Positions 8,790 through 18,334 of a DNA stretch of 64,000 bases are shown piece by piece. This DNA comes from Candidatus Omnitrophota bacterium (GTDB taxonomy: Bacteria; Omnitrophota; Gorgyraeia; Gygaellales; Profunditerraquicolaceae), in NCBI GenBank assembly GCA_041661605.1, contig JBAZUE010000001.1:223467-287466 (forward strand), in the 5' to 3' direction. The notes beneath the pieces were generated by a model. That model saw only the letters and a program-made list of their open reading frames with translations, searched no databases and was not told the DNA's origin. The position numbers and the translations under genes are program-made. Numbering within the stretch: the first letter of the stretch is position 1; each line of letters begins with the position of its first letter.

Positions 8790-10264
8790 TCAAACCAGAT
8801 TTCAAAGAATTTCTAAAGTTAAGCAAAAAAGGTAATGTGATCCCGGTTTATATGGAGGTTAATGCGGATATGGATACTCCGGTTTCCGCCTTTTTAAAAA
8901 TTAAGCAGGGTGATTATTCTTTTCTTTTGGAATCAGTGGAGGGGCAGGAGAAGATCGCGCGGTATTCCTTTTTGGGTACCAATCCCAGCATGATTTTCAA
9001 AAGCAGGGGCAGGCAAATCGAAATTATCGAACCCGGAAAAAATAAAAGCCGGAGTTTTCCTACCAAAGAAACTCCTCTGGATGAAATTAAAAAGATAATG
9101 CAGGATTTGCGCAGTGTGGAATTAGCCGGGCTGCCGCGTTTCTACGGCGGATTTGTAGGTTATATTGGATATGATGCGGTAAGGTTTTTTGAAAAAATCC
9201 CTGATAAAAACAAGGACCTTTTGGGGATCCCGGATACTCTTTTTATTTTAACGGATACAATTTTAATCTTTGACCGGCTTAATCACTCCTTGAAAATTGT
9301 AAATAATGTTATTTTGCCTAAACAGGCAGGAGTTTTAAGAAAAAAACAGCTTTACCAACAGGCAATTAAGAAGATTGAATCAATCCATGATGATTTTAGC
9401 CGTTTTGTTGTCCAGAGTAAACCGTCTAAGCGGGCCGGCAAGTTAAACATCAGCAGTAACCTTAGCAGGCAGGAATTTATCAAAATAGTTAAGAAGGGCA
9501 AGGAATATATAAAGAAGGGTGATATTATCCAGGTAGTTTTATCACAGAGATTTAAAGTTAAGACACATAAGGACCATTTTGAGGTTTACCGGGCTCTTCG
9601 CAGCCTTAACCCGTCTCCGTATATGTATTATTTAAAGTTGAAGAATTTTTCTATTGTAGGTTCAAGCCCGGAGATGCTCGTGCGCTGTGAAGACGGCCTG
9701 GTGCAGAACCGGCCTATTGCCGGAACCCGCAGGCGCGGCAAGGATAACCAGGAGGATATGCGTTTAGAAAAAGAGCTTTTGAGCGACGAGAAAGAAAGAG
9801 CGGAACATTTAATGCTGGTGGATTTAGGCAGGAATGATTTAGGCCGCATAAGCAAGCTGGGAATGGTCAAGGTTGATGATTTTATGCGCGTGGAAAAATA
9901 TTCTCATGTAATGCATCTGGTCAGCGGGGTAAGCGCAGTACTTGACAAAAAAAGGTTTGATATCTATGATGTATTAAAAGCCGCTTTTCCGGCAGGCACA
10001 GTCTCAGGGAGCCCCAAGATACGGGCGATGGAGATTATTGACGAACTGGAGAATTTGCGGCGCTCTTTGTATGCCGGATCAATCGGTTATTTTAGTTTCT
10101 CGCATAATATGGATACTTGCATTGCCATCCGCACGATAGTGCTTAAAGATGGTTTTGCTTATGTGCAGGCTGGCGCCGGGATTGTCGCTGACTCTGTGCC
10201 GGAGAAAGAATACCAGGAATCAGTGAATAAGGCTAAGGCTATGATGGAAGCAATTAAAAGGTAA
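8786..10264 (+). CDS. trpE: Anthranilate synthase component I
   Basis: 492 aa with the LLESVEG (Trp-feedback LLES motif), GTRRRG and [16 protein letters not shown] chorismate-utilising core. A PabB-like function cannot be fully excluded. Confidence 0.85.
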   Translation: MIKPDFKEFLKLSKKGNVIPVYMEVNADMDTPVSAFLKIKQGDYSFLLESVEGQEKIARYSFLGTNPSMIFKSRGRQIEIIEPGKNKSRSFPTKETPLDEIKKIMQDLRSVELAGLPRFYGGFVGYIGYDAVRFFEKIPDKNKDLLGIPDTLFILTDTILIFDRLNHSLKIVNNVILPKQAGVLRKKQLYQQAIKKIESIHDDFSRFVVQSKPSKRAGKLNISSNLSRQEFIKIVKKGKEYIKKGDIIQVVLSQRFKVKTHKDHFEVYRALRSLNPSPYMYYLKLKNFSIVGSSPEMLVRCEDGLVQNRPIAGTRRRGKDNQEDMRLEKELLSDEKERAEHLMLVDLGRNDLGRISKLGMVKVDDFMRVEKYSHVMHLVSGVSAVLDKKRFDIYDVLKAAFPAGTVSGSPKIRAMEIIDELENLRRSLYAGSIGYFSFSHNMDTCIAIRTIVLKDGFAYVQAGAGIVADSVPEKEYQESVNKAKAMMEAIKR

Positions 10265-10360
10265 AGATACCCCGCGCTAAGGCACCCGACGCCAATAGGT
10301 ATTGCGTCGGTGTGCGCTAAGGTAGCGCAGTATGCCCTCGTGGGCAAAGGAGGATACACA

Positions 10361-10603
10361 ATGGCGGTACATATTCGTTTAAGAAGGATAGGAAAAAACC
10401 CTAAAGGTAAACCGCATTTTCGGGTTACTGTTTTTGATGAACGTAAAGGCCGGGACAGCCGGTTAATTGAAGAGGTAGGTTACTATAAGCCGACAACCGG
10501 CCAGGCAGTGCTCAAAAAAGAGCGTATTGCCGCCTGGGTAAAAAACGGCGCGCAGTTATCGGTTACCGTAAAAAGTTTACTAAAGAAAGATAAAGGAGCT
10601 TAA
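10361..10603 (+). CDS. rpsP: 30S ribosomal protein S16
   Basis: MAVHIRLRRIGKNPKGKPHFRVTVFDERKGRD, preceded by AAGGAGGA. The ORF-track start at 10310 is an upstream extension. Confidence 0.95.
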   Translation: MAVHIRLRRIGKNPKGKPHFRVTVFDERKGRDSRLIEEVGYYKPTTGQAVLKKERIAAWVKNGAQLSVTVKSLLKKDKGA

Positions 10604-10604
10604 T

Positions 10605-10892
10605 ATGCCACAGCAGAGCGCAGCCAGTCCGTTAATTCAGCTTTTTCCGTTAGTTTTAATTTTTATTATTTTTTACTTTTTGTTGATCCGGCCGCAGAAA
10701 CAAAAAGAAAAAGAGCATCAGAAGATGATAACCGGAATTAATAAAAATGATGAAATTGTCACTTTAGGCGGCATACACGGCACAGTGGTTAATGTAAAAG
10801 AGAAGACTTTGATCCTGCGAATTGACGAGAACGTGAAAATGGAGATTGATAAAAACAGCGTCGCTTATATTAAAAACCCTAAGAACGTTTAA
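10605..10892 (+). CDS. yajC: Preprotein translocase subunit YajC
   Basis: Single TM segment followed by LLIRPQKQKEKEHQKM...GGIHGTVV, and located upstream of secDF. Confidence 0.9.
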   Translation: MPQQSAASPLIQLFPLVLIFIIFYFLLIRPQKQKEKEHQKMITGINKNDEIVTLGGIHGTVVNVKEKTLILRIDENVKMEIDKNSVAYIKNPKNV

Positions 10893-10911
10893 AAACAGGA
10901 GTTTTAAAATA

Positions 10912-13113
10912 ATGGAAAGGAAACTGATCTATAAAATATTACTTATCCTGGGGGTTGTAGGATTATTTTCATTTTATGCCTTCCCTTTGGATAAACGTAT
11001 TAATCTGGGGCTTGATTTAAAAGGCGGGATGCACCTTTTGCTTAAGGTGGATACTTCCCACCTTGAAGGCCAGGCTAAGCTTGATGCCTGTGATCGGGCT
11101 GTAGAGGTGATCCGTAACCGTATAGATGAGTTTGGGGTAAGAGAGACTTCCATTCAAAAGCAGGGCGAGGATGAGATCGTTGTGCAGTTGCCGGGGGTCA
11201 GTGACCGGGAACGAGCCATTGATATTATCGGAAAAACCGCGATGCTTGAGTTCAAGATTGTTTCCGATGATTCGGCTAAACTTAAAGATGCTTTGGCGGG
11301 GACGGTCCCTGATGGGTATGAATTAAAATATACCCTGGATGAAAATGAGCCGTTGCTGCTTGATAAAAAGGCGGAATTAGTAGGGGATGCTTTGACGGGT
11401 GCGGAAGTGCGCTTTGACCAAAGCCAATTTAATGAACCGATTGTTTCTTTGAAGTTTAATGCTGCAGGCGCTAAGAAATTTTCCGAAGTGACTGCGGCTA
11501 ACGTAGGGAAGCGTCTGGCAATTGTTCTGGATGGCAAGGTGCAGTCAGCCCCGCGCATAAGAGAGGCAATCCCTTCAGGCGAGGCAGTCATTACCGGCAG
11601 GTTTGACGCACAGCAAGCGCAGGATCTGGCGCTTATTTTAAGAGTCGGTGCTTTGCCCGCGCCTATGCATATTGAAGAAGAGAGGACGGTCGGTCCTCTC
11701 TTGGGCCAGGACTCCATAAATAAAGGAGTTAAGGCCTGCATGGTTGGTTGTGCATTGGTTTTTATTTTTATGCTGGGCTATTATCTTTTAGCCGGATTTA
11801 TCAGCGACATCGCGCTTTTATTAAATCTTATAATAATTCTTGGTGGTTTAGGTTTATTACCGGCGCTTTTCCCGGGAGTTTCGGCAACCCTGACATTGCC
11901 TGGTATTGCCGGTATCGCGTTGTCTTTGGGCATGGCTGTAGATGCCAATGTTTTGATTAATGAGCGTATCAGGGAAGAGATTGCCATGGGCAGGGTTTTG
12001 CGTACTGCCATAAGCAATGGTTATTCGCGGGCTTTCAGCGCTATATTTGATTCCAATCTTACTACTTTGATCGCGGCATTTCTGTTGTTCCAATTCGGGA
12101 CAGGCCCGATCCGTGGTTTCGCAGTTACTCTGACCATTGGTTTATTGGCAAGTATGTTTACGGCTATAGTAGTTACCAAAGTGATCTTTGAAATCTTGCT
12201 TAACCTGGGATGGATCAAGAGCCTGCCGATGTTAAAGTTAATCGGAGAAACTAAACTTGATTTTATCGGTAAAAGGAAGATATTTTACGCGCTATCTATT
12301 ATTGTAATTGCGGTGGGGATTTTCTCATTTTTTAAGAAAGGACCGGCGGTCTATGGCATTGATTTTTCCGGAGGCCAGCTTCAGGAATATAGCTTTAAGA
12401 ATATCCCTTCCATAGATAAAGTCAGGGAGGTGTTAAAAGATATTAATTTGGCGGATGCAACCATACAGCAATTTAAAGAAAACCCGAGGGTGGTTTTAAT
12501 CAGGACATCCGAAGACAAGAATCAGATCCTGACCAATAAATTAAAAGCGGTTTTCCCTGATGAGGATATCCAGATTCTAAGGATTGAGAGGGTAGGTCCG
12601 GTGGCAGGGAAAAATCTTAAAACAAAGGCTGTCCTGGCATTGATTTGGTCATTAGTGGGTATCTTGATTTATGTGAGCTTCAGGTTTAAACACATTAATT
12701 TTGCTGCCGCAGGCGTAATTGCCCTTATACATGACGTTTTGGTATCTATGGGTTTTTTAGTAATTACTAACCGTCAGATTGACCTTCTAAGTGTTACTGC
12801 TTTTTTGACTATAGCAGGTTATTCTATTAATGATACTATCGTTATATATGACCGTGTGCGCGAAAATACTCATCTTTACCGGAAACTTTCTTTGAAAGAA
12901 TTGATTAATTTAAGCGTGAACCAGACTCTTAGCCGGACCCTGCTTACTTCCGGAGTGACGCTTTTGGTAGTGGTCGCGTTTTTGTTTTACGGAGGAGAGG
13001 TTTTAAGTAATTTTGCCTTCGCTTTATTCGTGGGTTTCATCGCAGGGACGTATTCTACGGTTTTCATCGCTTCTCCTTTGGTGCTTGCCTGGAGCCGTAA
13101 GGAAGCTAAATAG
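10912..13113 (+). CDS. secDF: Fused protein-export membrane protein SecD/SecF
   Basis: SecD periplasmic domain (LGLDLKGGMHLLLKV, ELVGDALTGA) and TM bundle, followed by a SecF half (IDFSGGQ...YSINDTIVIYDRVREN). ATG 10912 follows a CAGGAG Shine-Dalgarno sequence. Confidence 0.93.
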   Translation: MERKLIYKILLILGVVGLFSFYAFPLDKRINLGLDLKGGMHLLLKVDTSHLEGQAKLDACDRAVEVIRNRIDEFGVRETSIQKQGEDEIVVQLPGVSDRERAIDIIGKTAMLEFKIVSDDSAKLKDALAGTVPDGYELKYTLDENEPLLLDKKAELVGDALTGAEVRFDQSQFNEPIVSLKFNAAGAKKFSEVTAANVGKRLAIVLDGKVQSAPRIREAIPSGEAVITGRFDAQQAQDLALILRVGALPAPMHIEEERTVGPLLGQDSINKGVKACMVGCALVFIFMLGYYLLAGFISDIALLLNLIIILGGLGLLPALFPGVSATLTLPGIAGIALSLGMAVDANVLINERIREEIAMGRVLRTAISNGYSRAFSAIFDSNLTTLIAAFLLFQFGTGPIRGFAVTLTIGLLASMFTAIVVTKVIFEILLNLGWIKSLPMLKLIGETKLDFIGKRKIFYALSIIVIAVGIFSFFKKGPAVYGIDFSGGQLQEYSFKNIPSIDKVREVLKDINLADATIQQFKENPRVVLIRTSEDKNQILTNKLKAVFPDEDIQILRIERVGPVAGKNLKTKAVLALIWSLVGILIYVSFRFKHINFAAAGVIALIHDVLVSMGFLVITNRQIDLLSVTAFLTIAGYSINDTIVIYDRVRENTHLYRKLSLKELINLSVNQTLSRTLLTSGVTLLVVVAFLFYGGEVLSNFAFALFVGFIAGTYSTVFIASPLVLAWSRKEAK

Positions 13114-13143
13114 CATCTAGTATAGAAACCGGCGGAGGATGTC

Positions 13144-13207
13144 TTAAAAAATTGGGACGTTTCTATTTTTTGATTTAGAAAAATAGGAACGTCCCCTAAT
13201 TTTTTAA
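13144..13207. terminator. Long hairpin, candidate bidirectional intrinsic terminator
   Basis: GGGACGTTTCTATTTTT (13154-13170) pairs with AAAAATAGGAACGTCCC (13179-13195) with one G-T pair. The stem is extended by TTAAAAAATT / AATTTTTTAA flanks, with T-runs on both sides. Confidence 0.7.
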
Positions 13208-13211
13208 AATT

Positions 13212-15119
13212 ATGTTTAAGTCCATCAAGTTGTATCTTAATCAAGGTATTGATCTGGAGGCCTTAGCCAAAGGTTTAATTGATTTTGGTTATAAAAGGCA
13301 GGAGCAGTCCTCTGGCGAAGGAGATTTTAGCCTGCGCGGAGATATCGTGGATATTTTTCCGTTTTCCTTTGAGCTGCCTATTCGTATAGATCTGCATAAT
13401 GAAAAGGTATCTTCAATTAAAACATTTAACCCTGAAAACGGCCAGCCTCTTTGGCAGCACAATATCGTTATTATCCTTCCTTATAAATCTTCGGGAGCCA
13501 GAACCACCGTATTTAGCGAAGAGTTTCCTTTAAAAAACTTTGTAGATTTGGATGTTGGCGATTTTGTTGTGCACAATCAGCATGGAATAGGGAAATTTTT
13601 AGGCATACAGAAGGTCCAGGCGGGAGGGGGCCTTAAGGACCATCTGGTGATCGAGTATGACCGTAACGAAAAACTTTTCGTTCCGGTTGATTCCATGCAT
13701 TTGGTGCAGAAGTATATCGCATTTCACTCTCGTAAGCCAAAGCTTTACCGGCTGGGCAATAAAGAGTGGCAGCGCGTTAAGGAGCGTACACGCAAAGGCA
13801 TTGCTAAACTTGCATGGGAACTCTTAAGCCTGCAAGCGATGCGTTTGGCCGGAGAAGGATTTAAGTTTTCCCCGGATACGGACTGGCAGGCTGATTTTGA
13901 AAAAACTTTTCCCTATCAGGAAACTCCGGACCAGGTCAAAGCAACGGCCGAGGTTAAACAGGATATGGAATCGGTTAAGCCCATGGACAGGCTGTTATGC
14001 GGTGATGTCGGCTATGGTAAAACCGAGGTGGCTATGCGCGCAGCTTTTAAGGCGGTGATGGATAATAAACAGGTTGCTTATCTTGTGCCTACCACTATTT
14101 TAGCCGAACAACATTACAAGAATTTTATTTCGCGACTAAAGAAATTTCCGGTTAAAGTTGAGATGCTTTCCCGTTTTAAGACCGGCGCAGAGCAAAATGA
14201 GATTATTAAGGGATTGAGTTGCGGAAACGTGGATATTGTTATTGGAACGCACAGGCTGCTGTCTCCTGATGTAAGTTTTAAGAATTTAGGTTTGGTCATT
14301 GTTGATGAAGAGCAGCGCTTTGGCGTTAAGGCCAAGGAGCAGCTAAAGAAAATAAAAACCACTATAGATGTGCTGGTCTTAACCGCTACTCCAATCCCGC
14401 GTACTTTATATATGAGCCTTATGGGCGCAAAAGACTTTTCCGTGATCAATACCCCTCCTCAAAATAGGTTGCCTATTAAGACGGTTGTGGTAGAATATGA
14501 CCCTGACTTGGTAGCCCAGGCAATCAAGCGCGAGCTTAATCGAAAAGGCCAGGTGTTCTTTTTACATAACCGCATTTTTGATTTGGAGAAAGTCAGGGAT
14601 AAAATTGTCAAAAGCTTAAGGCTCAGCAACGCGCGTATAGCAATAGCTCATGGGCAGATGCCGGCAAAACAATTAGAGCAGGTGATGTCGGATTTTATAA
14701 GCGGAAATATTGACGTTTTAGTTTCAACGATGATTATTGAGTCGGGGATTGATATCCCGAATGCCAATACCATTATTGTAAATAACGCGCATAATTTTGG
14801 GTTAGCGGATTTGCATCAGCTGCGCGGCAGGGTGGGCAGGTTTAATCGCCTGGCCTACGCTTATTTTATGATTTCCCAAAATGAGGTTTTAGACTCAGTT
14901 GCGAGAAAGAGGCTGATTGCTATAGAAGAACATAGCGGTTTGGGGTCGGGTTTTAATATTGCCATGGAGGACCTTGAAATCCGGGGAGCAGGGAATCTTC
15001 TCGGCCAGGAGCAGCATGGTTTTATTGTAGCTGTGGGGTTTGATTTATATTGCCGCCTGTTAAAAGAAGCAATCGCCAATTTTAAGAAAGTAGGTGTTTT
15101 TGATGAAACGCATAATTAG
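13212..15119 (+). CDS. mfd: Transcription-repair coupling factor, compact form (635 aa)
   Basis: Contains a CarD/RID-like VGDFVVHNQHGIGKFLGI...LFVPVDSMHLVQKY segment. SF2 motifs are GDVGYGKTEVAMRAAF, DEEQRFG and LHQLRGRVGR. The TRG region is LEIRGAGNLLGQEQHG. The N-terminus has an RGDIVDIFP...IRIDL...I..F UvrB-like motif. Confidence 0.85.
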   Translation: MFKSIKLYLNQGIDLEALAKGLIDFGYKRQEQSSGEGDFSLRGDIVDIFPFSFELPIRIDLHNEKVSSIKTFNPENGQPLWQHNIVIILPYKSSGARTTVFSEEFPLKNFVDLDVGDFVVHNQHGIGKFLGIQKVQAGGGLKDHLVIEYDRNEKLFVPVDSMHLVQKYIAFHSRKPKLYRLGNKEWQRVKERTRKGIAKLAWELLSLQAMRLAGEGFKFSPDTDWQADFEKTFPYQETPDQVKATAEVKQDMESVKPMDRLLCGDVGYGKTEVAMRAAFKAVMDNKQVAYLVPTTILAEQHYKNFISRLKKFPVKVEMLSRFKTGAEQNEIIKGLSCGNVDIVIGTHRLLSPDVSFKNLGLVIVDEEQRFGVKAKEQLKKIKTTIDVLVLTATPIPRTLYMSLMGAKDFSVINTPPQNRLPIKTVVVEYDPDLVAQAIKRELNRKGQVFFLHNRIFDLEKVRDKIVKSLRLSNARIAIAHGQMPAKQLEQVMSDFISGNIDVLVSTMIIESGIDIPNANTIIVNNAHNFGLADLHQLRGRVGRFNRLAYAYFMISQNEVLDSVARKRLIAIEEHSGLGSGFNIAMEDLEIRGAGNLLGQEQHGFIVAVGFDLYCRLLKEAIANFKKVGVFDETHN

Positions 15120-16014
15120 TTTTGCTACGCTGGTAATCTTATCCCTCGGCCCTGTTTGTTTCCTTTGCGCGCAGGATAAGATGGTTGCAGTGGTAAATAA
15201 TGAGGTTATTACACAAAAAGATCTTAATGATTTTTTAAACTTTATACGTATGCAATATTCCCGTGAACTAAACGGAAAAGCCCTGGAGGAGAAAGTAAAT
15301 TCTACCAGGCAGGATTTGTTAGAACGTTTGATTGAGGATAAAATTATGCTCCAGCAGGCAAAAAATGAGAAGATAAATATTGAGCCTGCAAGGATAAAAG
15401 GAAAAATTAATGAAATCAAGAAGCGCTATGCATTGGAATCCGATTTTGAACGGGAACTGGCTAAGCAAGGATTGGTGCAGGCGGATTTAGAGAATAAAAT
15501 CCGGGAACAAATGCTTACATTTAGCATTGTTGAACAGAAGGTGCGCAGCAAGATAATGATCCGCCCCGATGAGATAACTGATTTTTATGATGAGAATAAG
15601 CGTAAATTCATAAAACCGGAAGAGCGGCTTCTTACAGTCATTGTTTTGCAGGATGAAAGCGCTGCAAAATCCCTGAGCTATTATTTACGTATTGGGGATA
15701 AGCTGGAAGATTTGGCTGCCAGGTATACTTTTACCGTGGATAAGTTTTCTGCTTCTCAGGGGCAGGAATTGCGCAGTGAAATTGAAGAAGTAGTATTTAA
15801 ATTAGGTATAGCGGAAGTTTCTGACCCGGTAAAGATCGATGGGCAGTATTATATATTTAAATTAGATAATATTGTTGGAAGCAAGCAATTAAGCCTCGCC
15901 CAGGCTCAGGATAAGATCCAGGCATATTTGTTTGATAAAAAGATGCAGGAAGGATTAGCGAAGTGGTTAGATGAGCTCAAAAAACAAAGCTACATTAAAA
16001 TCCTCGACAATTAG
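15103..16014 (+). CDS. SurA-like periplasmic chaperone / PpiC-type peptidyl-prolyl isomerase
   Basis: Signal peptide (MKRIISFATLVILSLGPVCFLCAQ), a SurA_N-like region (VAVVNNEVITQKDLN), a parvulin-like middle region, and conserved surA-pdxA-rsmA synteny. Confidence 0.75.
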   Translation: MKRIISFATLVILSLGPVCFLCAQDKMVAVVNNEVITQKDLNDFLNFIRMQYSRELNGKALEEKVNSTRQDLLERLIEDKIMLQQAKNEKINIEPARIKGKINEIKKRYALESDFERELAKQGLVQADLENKIREQMLTFSIVEQKVRSKIMIRPDEITDFYDENKRKFIKPEERLLTVIVLQDESAAKSLSYYLRIGDKLEDLAARYTFTVDKFSASQGQELRSEIEEVVFKLGIAEVSDPVKIDGQYYIFKLDNIVGSKQLSLAQAQDKIQAYLFDKKMQEGLAKWLDELKKQSYIKILDN

Positions 16015-16963
16015 GGTTGGCCTTACAATAGGGGATCCGGCCGGCATTGGACCAGCCATTGCATTAAAAGCGCTTAAAGCATTAAAAGGCGAAGCTCATT
16101 TTAGAGTTATCGGTGACAGCTTTGTATTGGACAGCGCTGCAAGGGCCTTAAAAATTAAGTCTTTACCTGTTGAGCTAATAGACTTAAATAATATAAAGAG
16201 AAGAAATTTTTGTTTTGGCAGGGTAAATGCCTTAAACGGCAAAGCCTCTTTAGACTATCTTGATGCAGCCGTGGGGCTTCTCAAGAAGAAAGAGATAGAT
16301 TGTTTAGTTACTTGTCCGGTTTCAAAAGAAGCCGTAACTCTTGCGGGACCAAAGTTTTTCGGACACACAGAATACCTGGCCGATAAATTTAATTGTAAAG
16401 ATTTGGTAATGATGCTTGTCAATGACAAGTTAAAATTTAGTCTGCTTACCAGGCATATACCGCTTAAAGATGTTTGCAGAAAGATTACCCGCAATGGCCT
16501 GGAAAACAATATTTTGAATACTATAAAAGGGCTAAAGCGTTTGTTTTTAATCCGTCATCCCAGAATTGTTGTCTGCGGGGTTAACCCCCATGCTTCTGAT
16601 AACGGGGTAATTGGTACGGAGGAGTTGGAAATAATCAAACCGGCAATCTTCAATTCAAGAAATAAACAAGAAGATGCAGTTATAACAGGTCCGCTTCCTG
16701 CCGATGTTGCAGTATATCAGGCGGCTAAGGGTAATTTTGATTGCGTAATTGCTTTATATCATGACCAGGCGCTTATTCCTTTAAAATTGACGGATTTTGA
16801 TACCGGCATAAACCTAACCCTTGGCTTACCTTTTGTGCGTACTTCGCCTTTGCATGGCACTGCTTTTGACCTGGCCGTAAACCCCGCTTTGGCTAATCCT
16901 AATTCTCTTATCGCAGCCGTAAAACTTGCTATAAAATGTACGTTAAACCAAAAAAAAGCCTAG
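15971..16963 (+). CDS. pdxA: 4-hydroxythreonine-4-phosphate dehydrogenase
   Basis: GLTIGDPAGIGPAI, GHTEYLA and YHDQALIPLK motifs. The start is uncertain because ATG 15971 overlaps the upstream gene by 44 nt. Confidence 0.88.
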   Translation: MSSKNKATLKSSTIRVGLTIGDPAGIGPAIALKALKALKGEAHFRVIGDSFVLDSAARALKIKSLPVELIDLNNIKRRNFCFGRVNALNGKASLDYLDAAVGLLKKKEIDCLVTCPVSKEAVTLAGPKFFGHTEYLADKFNCKDLVMMLVNDKLKFSLLTRHIPLKDVCRKITRNGLENNILNTIKGLKRLFLIRHPRIVVCGVNPHASDNGVIGTEELEIIKPAIFNSRNKQEDAVITGPLPADVAVYQAAKGNFDCVIALYHDQALIPLKLTDFDTGINLTLGLPFVRTSPLHGTAFDLAVNPALANPNSLIAAVKLAIKCTLNQKKA

Positions 16964-17766
16964 GCCAAAATTTTCTTATTGATAAAAATATCCAAAAGAA
17001 AATAATCTCTGCCTGCGGTTTATCCAATGAACGTATTGTTTTGGAAATTGGGGCCGGGAAGGGAGACCTGACGGAACAGCTGGCAATAAATTCAAAAAGA
17101 GTTTATGCTTTAGAAATTGACCGCCGGCTTTTTCCGTCCCTTGAGGAAAAAATAAAAACCCACGCTAATTGCCGGCTATTATGGGGCAATATATTGGAAT
17201 TTGATATAAACAAGCTTTTGAAAAATGAACTGATAAAGCAGAAAATAATTGTTATTGGAAATATTCCTTATAACATTTCCAGCCCGATTATCGAGCACCT
17301 TATTCAATACCGTGCTGGTATAGATACAGTTTTTATGACTGTGCAGAAAGAGTTTGGCCGCCGGATTAATGCAGCAGCCGGTTCAAAAGAATATGGATCC
17401 TTCAGTTGTTTTGTGCAGTATTACGCTCAAACTAAGATCATCTTCGAAATAAAAAAAGGAAGCTTTAAGCCTGTTCCTAAAGTTGATTCCTGTTTCTTAA
17501 GTTTAAAGTTTAGGCAGAAGCCGCCGGTTGAGGTCAGAGAAGAGAAGATGCTTTTTAAAGTAATACGCAGCGCTTTTAATCAGAGAAGGAAGACCTTAAG
17601 GAATAGTTTATCAGGATTAATAACTTTAGCTCCGCTTGAGGAATTTCTAGATGAACAGGGCATTGATATTAATGTGCGTCCGGAGGAGCTCACGCTGGAT
17701 GAGTTTGCCCGTTTGAGTAATTTCATAGGTTCTTGCCAGGAATTAAAGGCAGCTGGAAAAAATTAA
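16936..17766 (+). CDS. rsmA: 16S rRNA (adenine1518/1519-N6)-dimethyltransferase
   Basis: PKKSLGQNFLIDKNI, EIGAGKGDLT and GNIPYNISSPI motifs. Confidence 0.93.
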   Translation: MYVKPKKSLGQNFLIDKNIQKKIISACGLSNERIVLEIGAGKGDLTEQLAINSKRVYALEIDRRLFPSLEEKIKTHANCRLLWGNILEFDINKLLKNELIKQKIIVIGNIPYNISSPIIEHLIQYRAGIDTVFMTVQKEFGRRINAAAGSKEYGSFSCFVQYYAQTKIIFEIKKGSFKPVPKVDSCFLSLKFRQKPPVEVREEKMLFKVIRSAFNQRRKTLRNSLSGLITLAPLEEFLDEQGIDINVRPEELTLDEFARLSNFIGSCQELKAAGKN

Positions 17767-17774
17767 AAAAAGTC

Positions 17775-17801
17775 TTGACAAACATGATATCTTGGTATAA
17801 A
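17775..17801 (+). promoter_or_regulatory. Candidate sigma70-type promoter (TTGACA, 15 nt spacer, TGGTATAAA extended -10)
   Basis: TTGACA at 17775-17780. TG at 17793-17794 plus TATAAA at 17796-17801. Lies upstream of the tRNA-Thr/rpmG/tRNA-Trp/secE block. Confidence 0.55.
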
Positions 17802-17938
17802 CTCACTCCTTACGTAAATATCTAGTATAACACCACTTTTAATTTGGTAATATTGTATTTAAAGAGAGAATTGAATAATTTCTTGGAGTGTGGTTTTTTT
17901 TTGCTTGAAGGCTTATTCGACGGAGCGAATCCATTTTT

Positions 17939-18011
17939 GCTGGAGTAGCTCAGTTGGCAGAGCACGTCCTTGGTAAGGACGGGGTCACGAGTTCAATTCT
18001 CGTCTCCAGCT
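17939..18011 (+). tRNA. tRNA-Thr (anticodon GGT)
   Basis: 73-nt cloverleaf folded by hand. Acceptor GCTGGAG/CTCCAGC, anticodon arm CGTCC-TTGGTAA-GGACG, T-arm ACGAG-TTCAATT-CTCGT. No encoded CCA. Confidence 0.93.
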
Positions 18012-18074
18012 TTCGTAGTTAACGAACACCCGCGCAATACCTTATAAGCGCGGGGTGTAAAGAATAAATAAAAT

Positions 18075-18224
18075 ATGCGTGAAACAATAACTTTAGAATG
18101 TACGGTTTGCAAGAATCGTAATTATACGACGAGTAAAAATAAAAAATTGCATCAAGATAGGCTTGAGCTTAGTAAGTTCTGTAATTCCTGTCATAAACAT
18201 ACCCCGCATAAGGAAATTAAATGA
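18075..18224 (+). CDS. rpmG: 50S ribosomal protein L33 (zinc-ribbon C+ form)
   Basis: Translated by hand as [49 protein letters not shown]. It is below the ORF-track size cutoff. Confidence 0.93.
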   Translation: MRETITLECTVCKNRNYTTSKNKKLHQDRLELSKFCNSCHKHTPHKEIK

Positions 18225-18269
18225 GGCCGTAACTTATGGAGCGCTTTAGCGCGACATAAGTTAGTGGCC
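18225..18269 (-). repeat. Stem-loop repeat, copy B (GGCCGTAACTTATG-N16-CATAAGTTAGTGGCC)
   Basis: 9-bp stem 18230-18238/18255-18263. The loop contains a GCGC-TTTA-GCGC mini-hairpin. It abuts the rpmG stop codon. Confidence 0.85.
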
Positions 18270-18275
18270 GAATTT

Positions 18276-18334
18276 ATACCGACGAAAGCTTAAAAATTAG
18301 AATTTAAATTTTTAAGCAGATTCTGAGTCGGTAT
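18276..18334. other. Two-tier hairpin (8-bp outer stem, 11-bp inner stem)
   Basis: ATACCGAC (18276-18283) pairs with GTCGGTAT (18327-18334). GCTTAAAAATT (18288-18298) pairs with AATTTTTAAGC (18307-18317). Ends 20 nt before tRNA-Trp. Confidence 0.75.
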
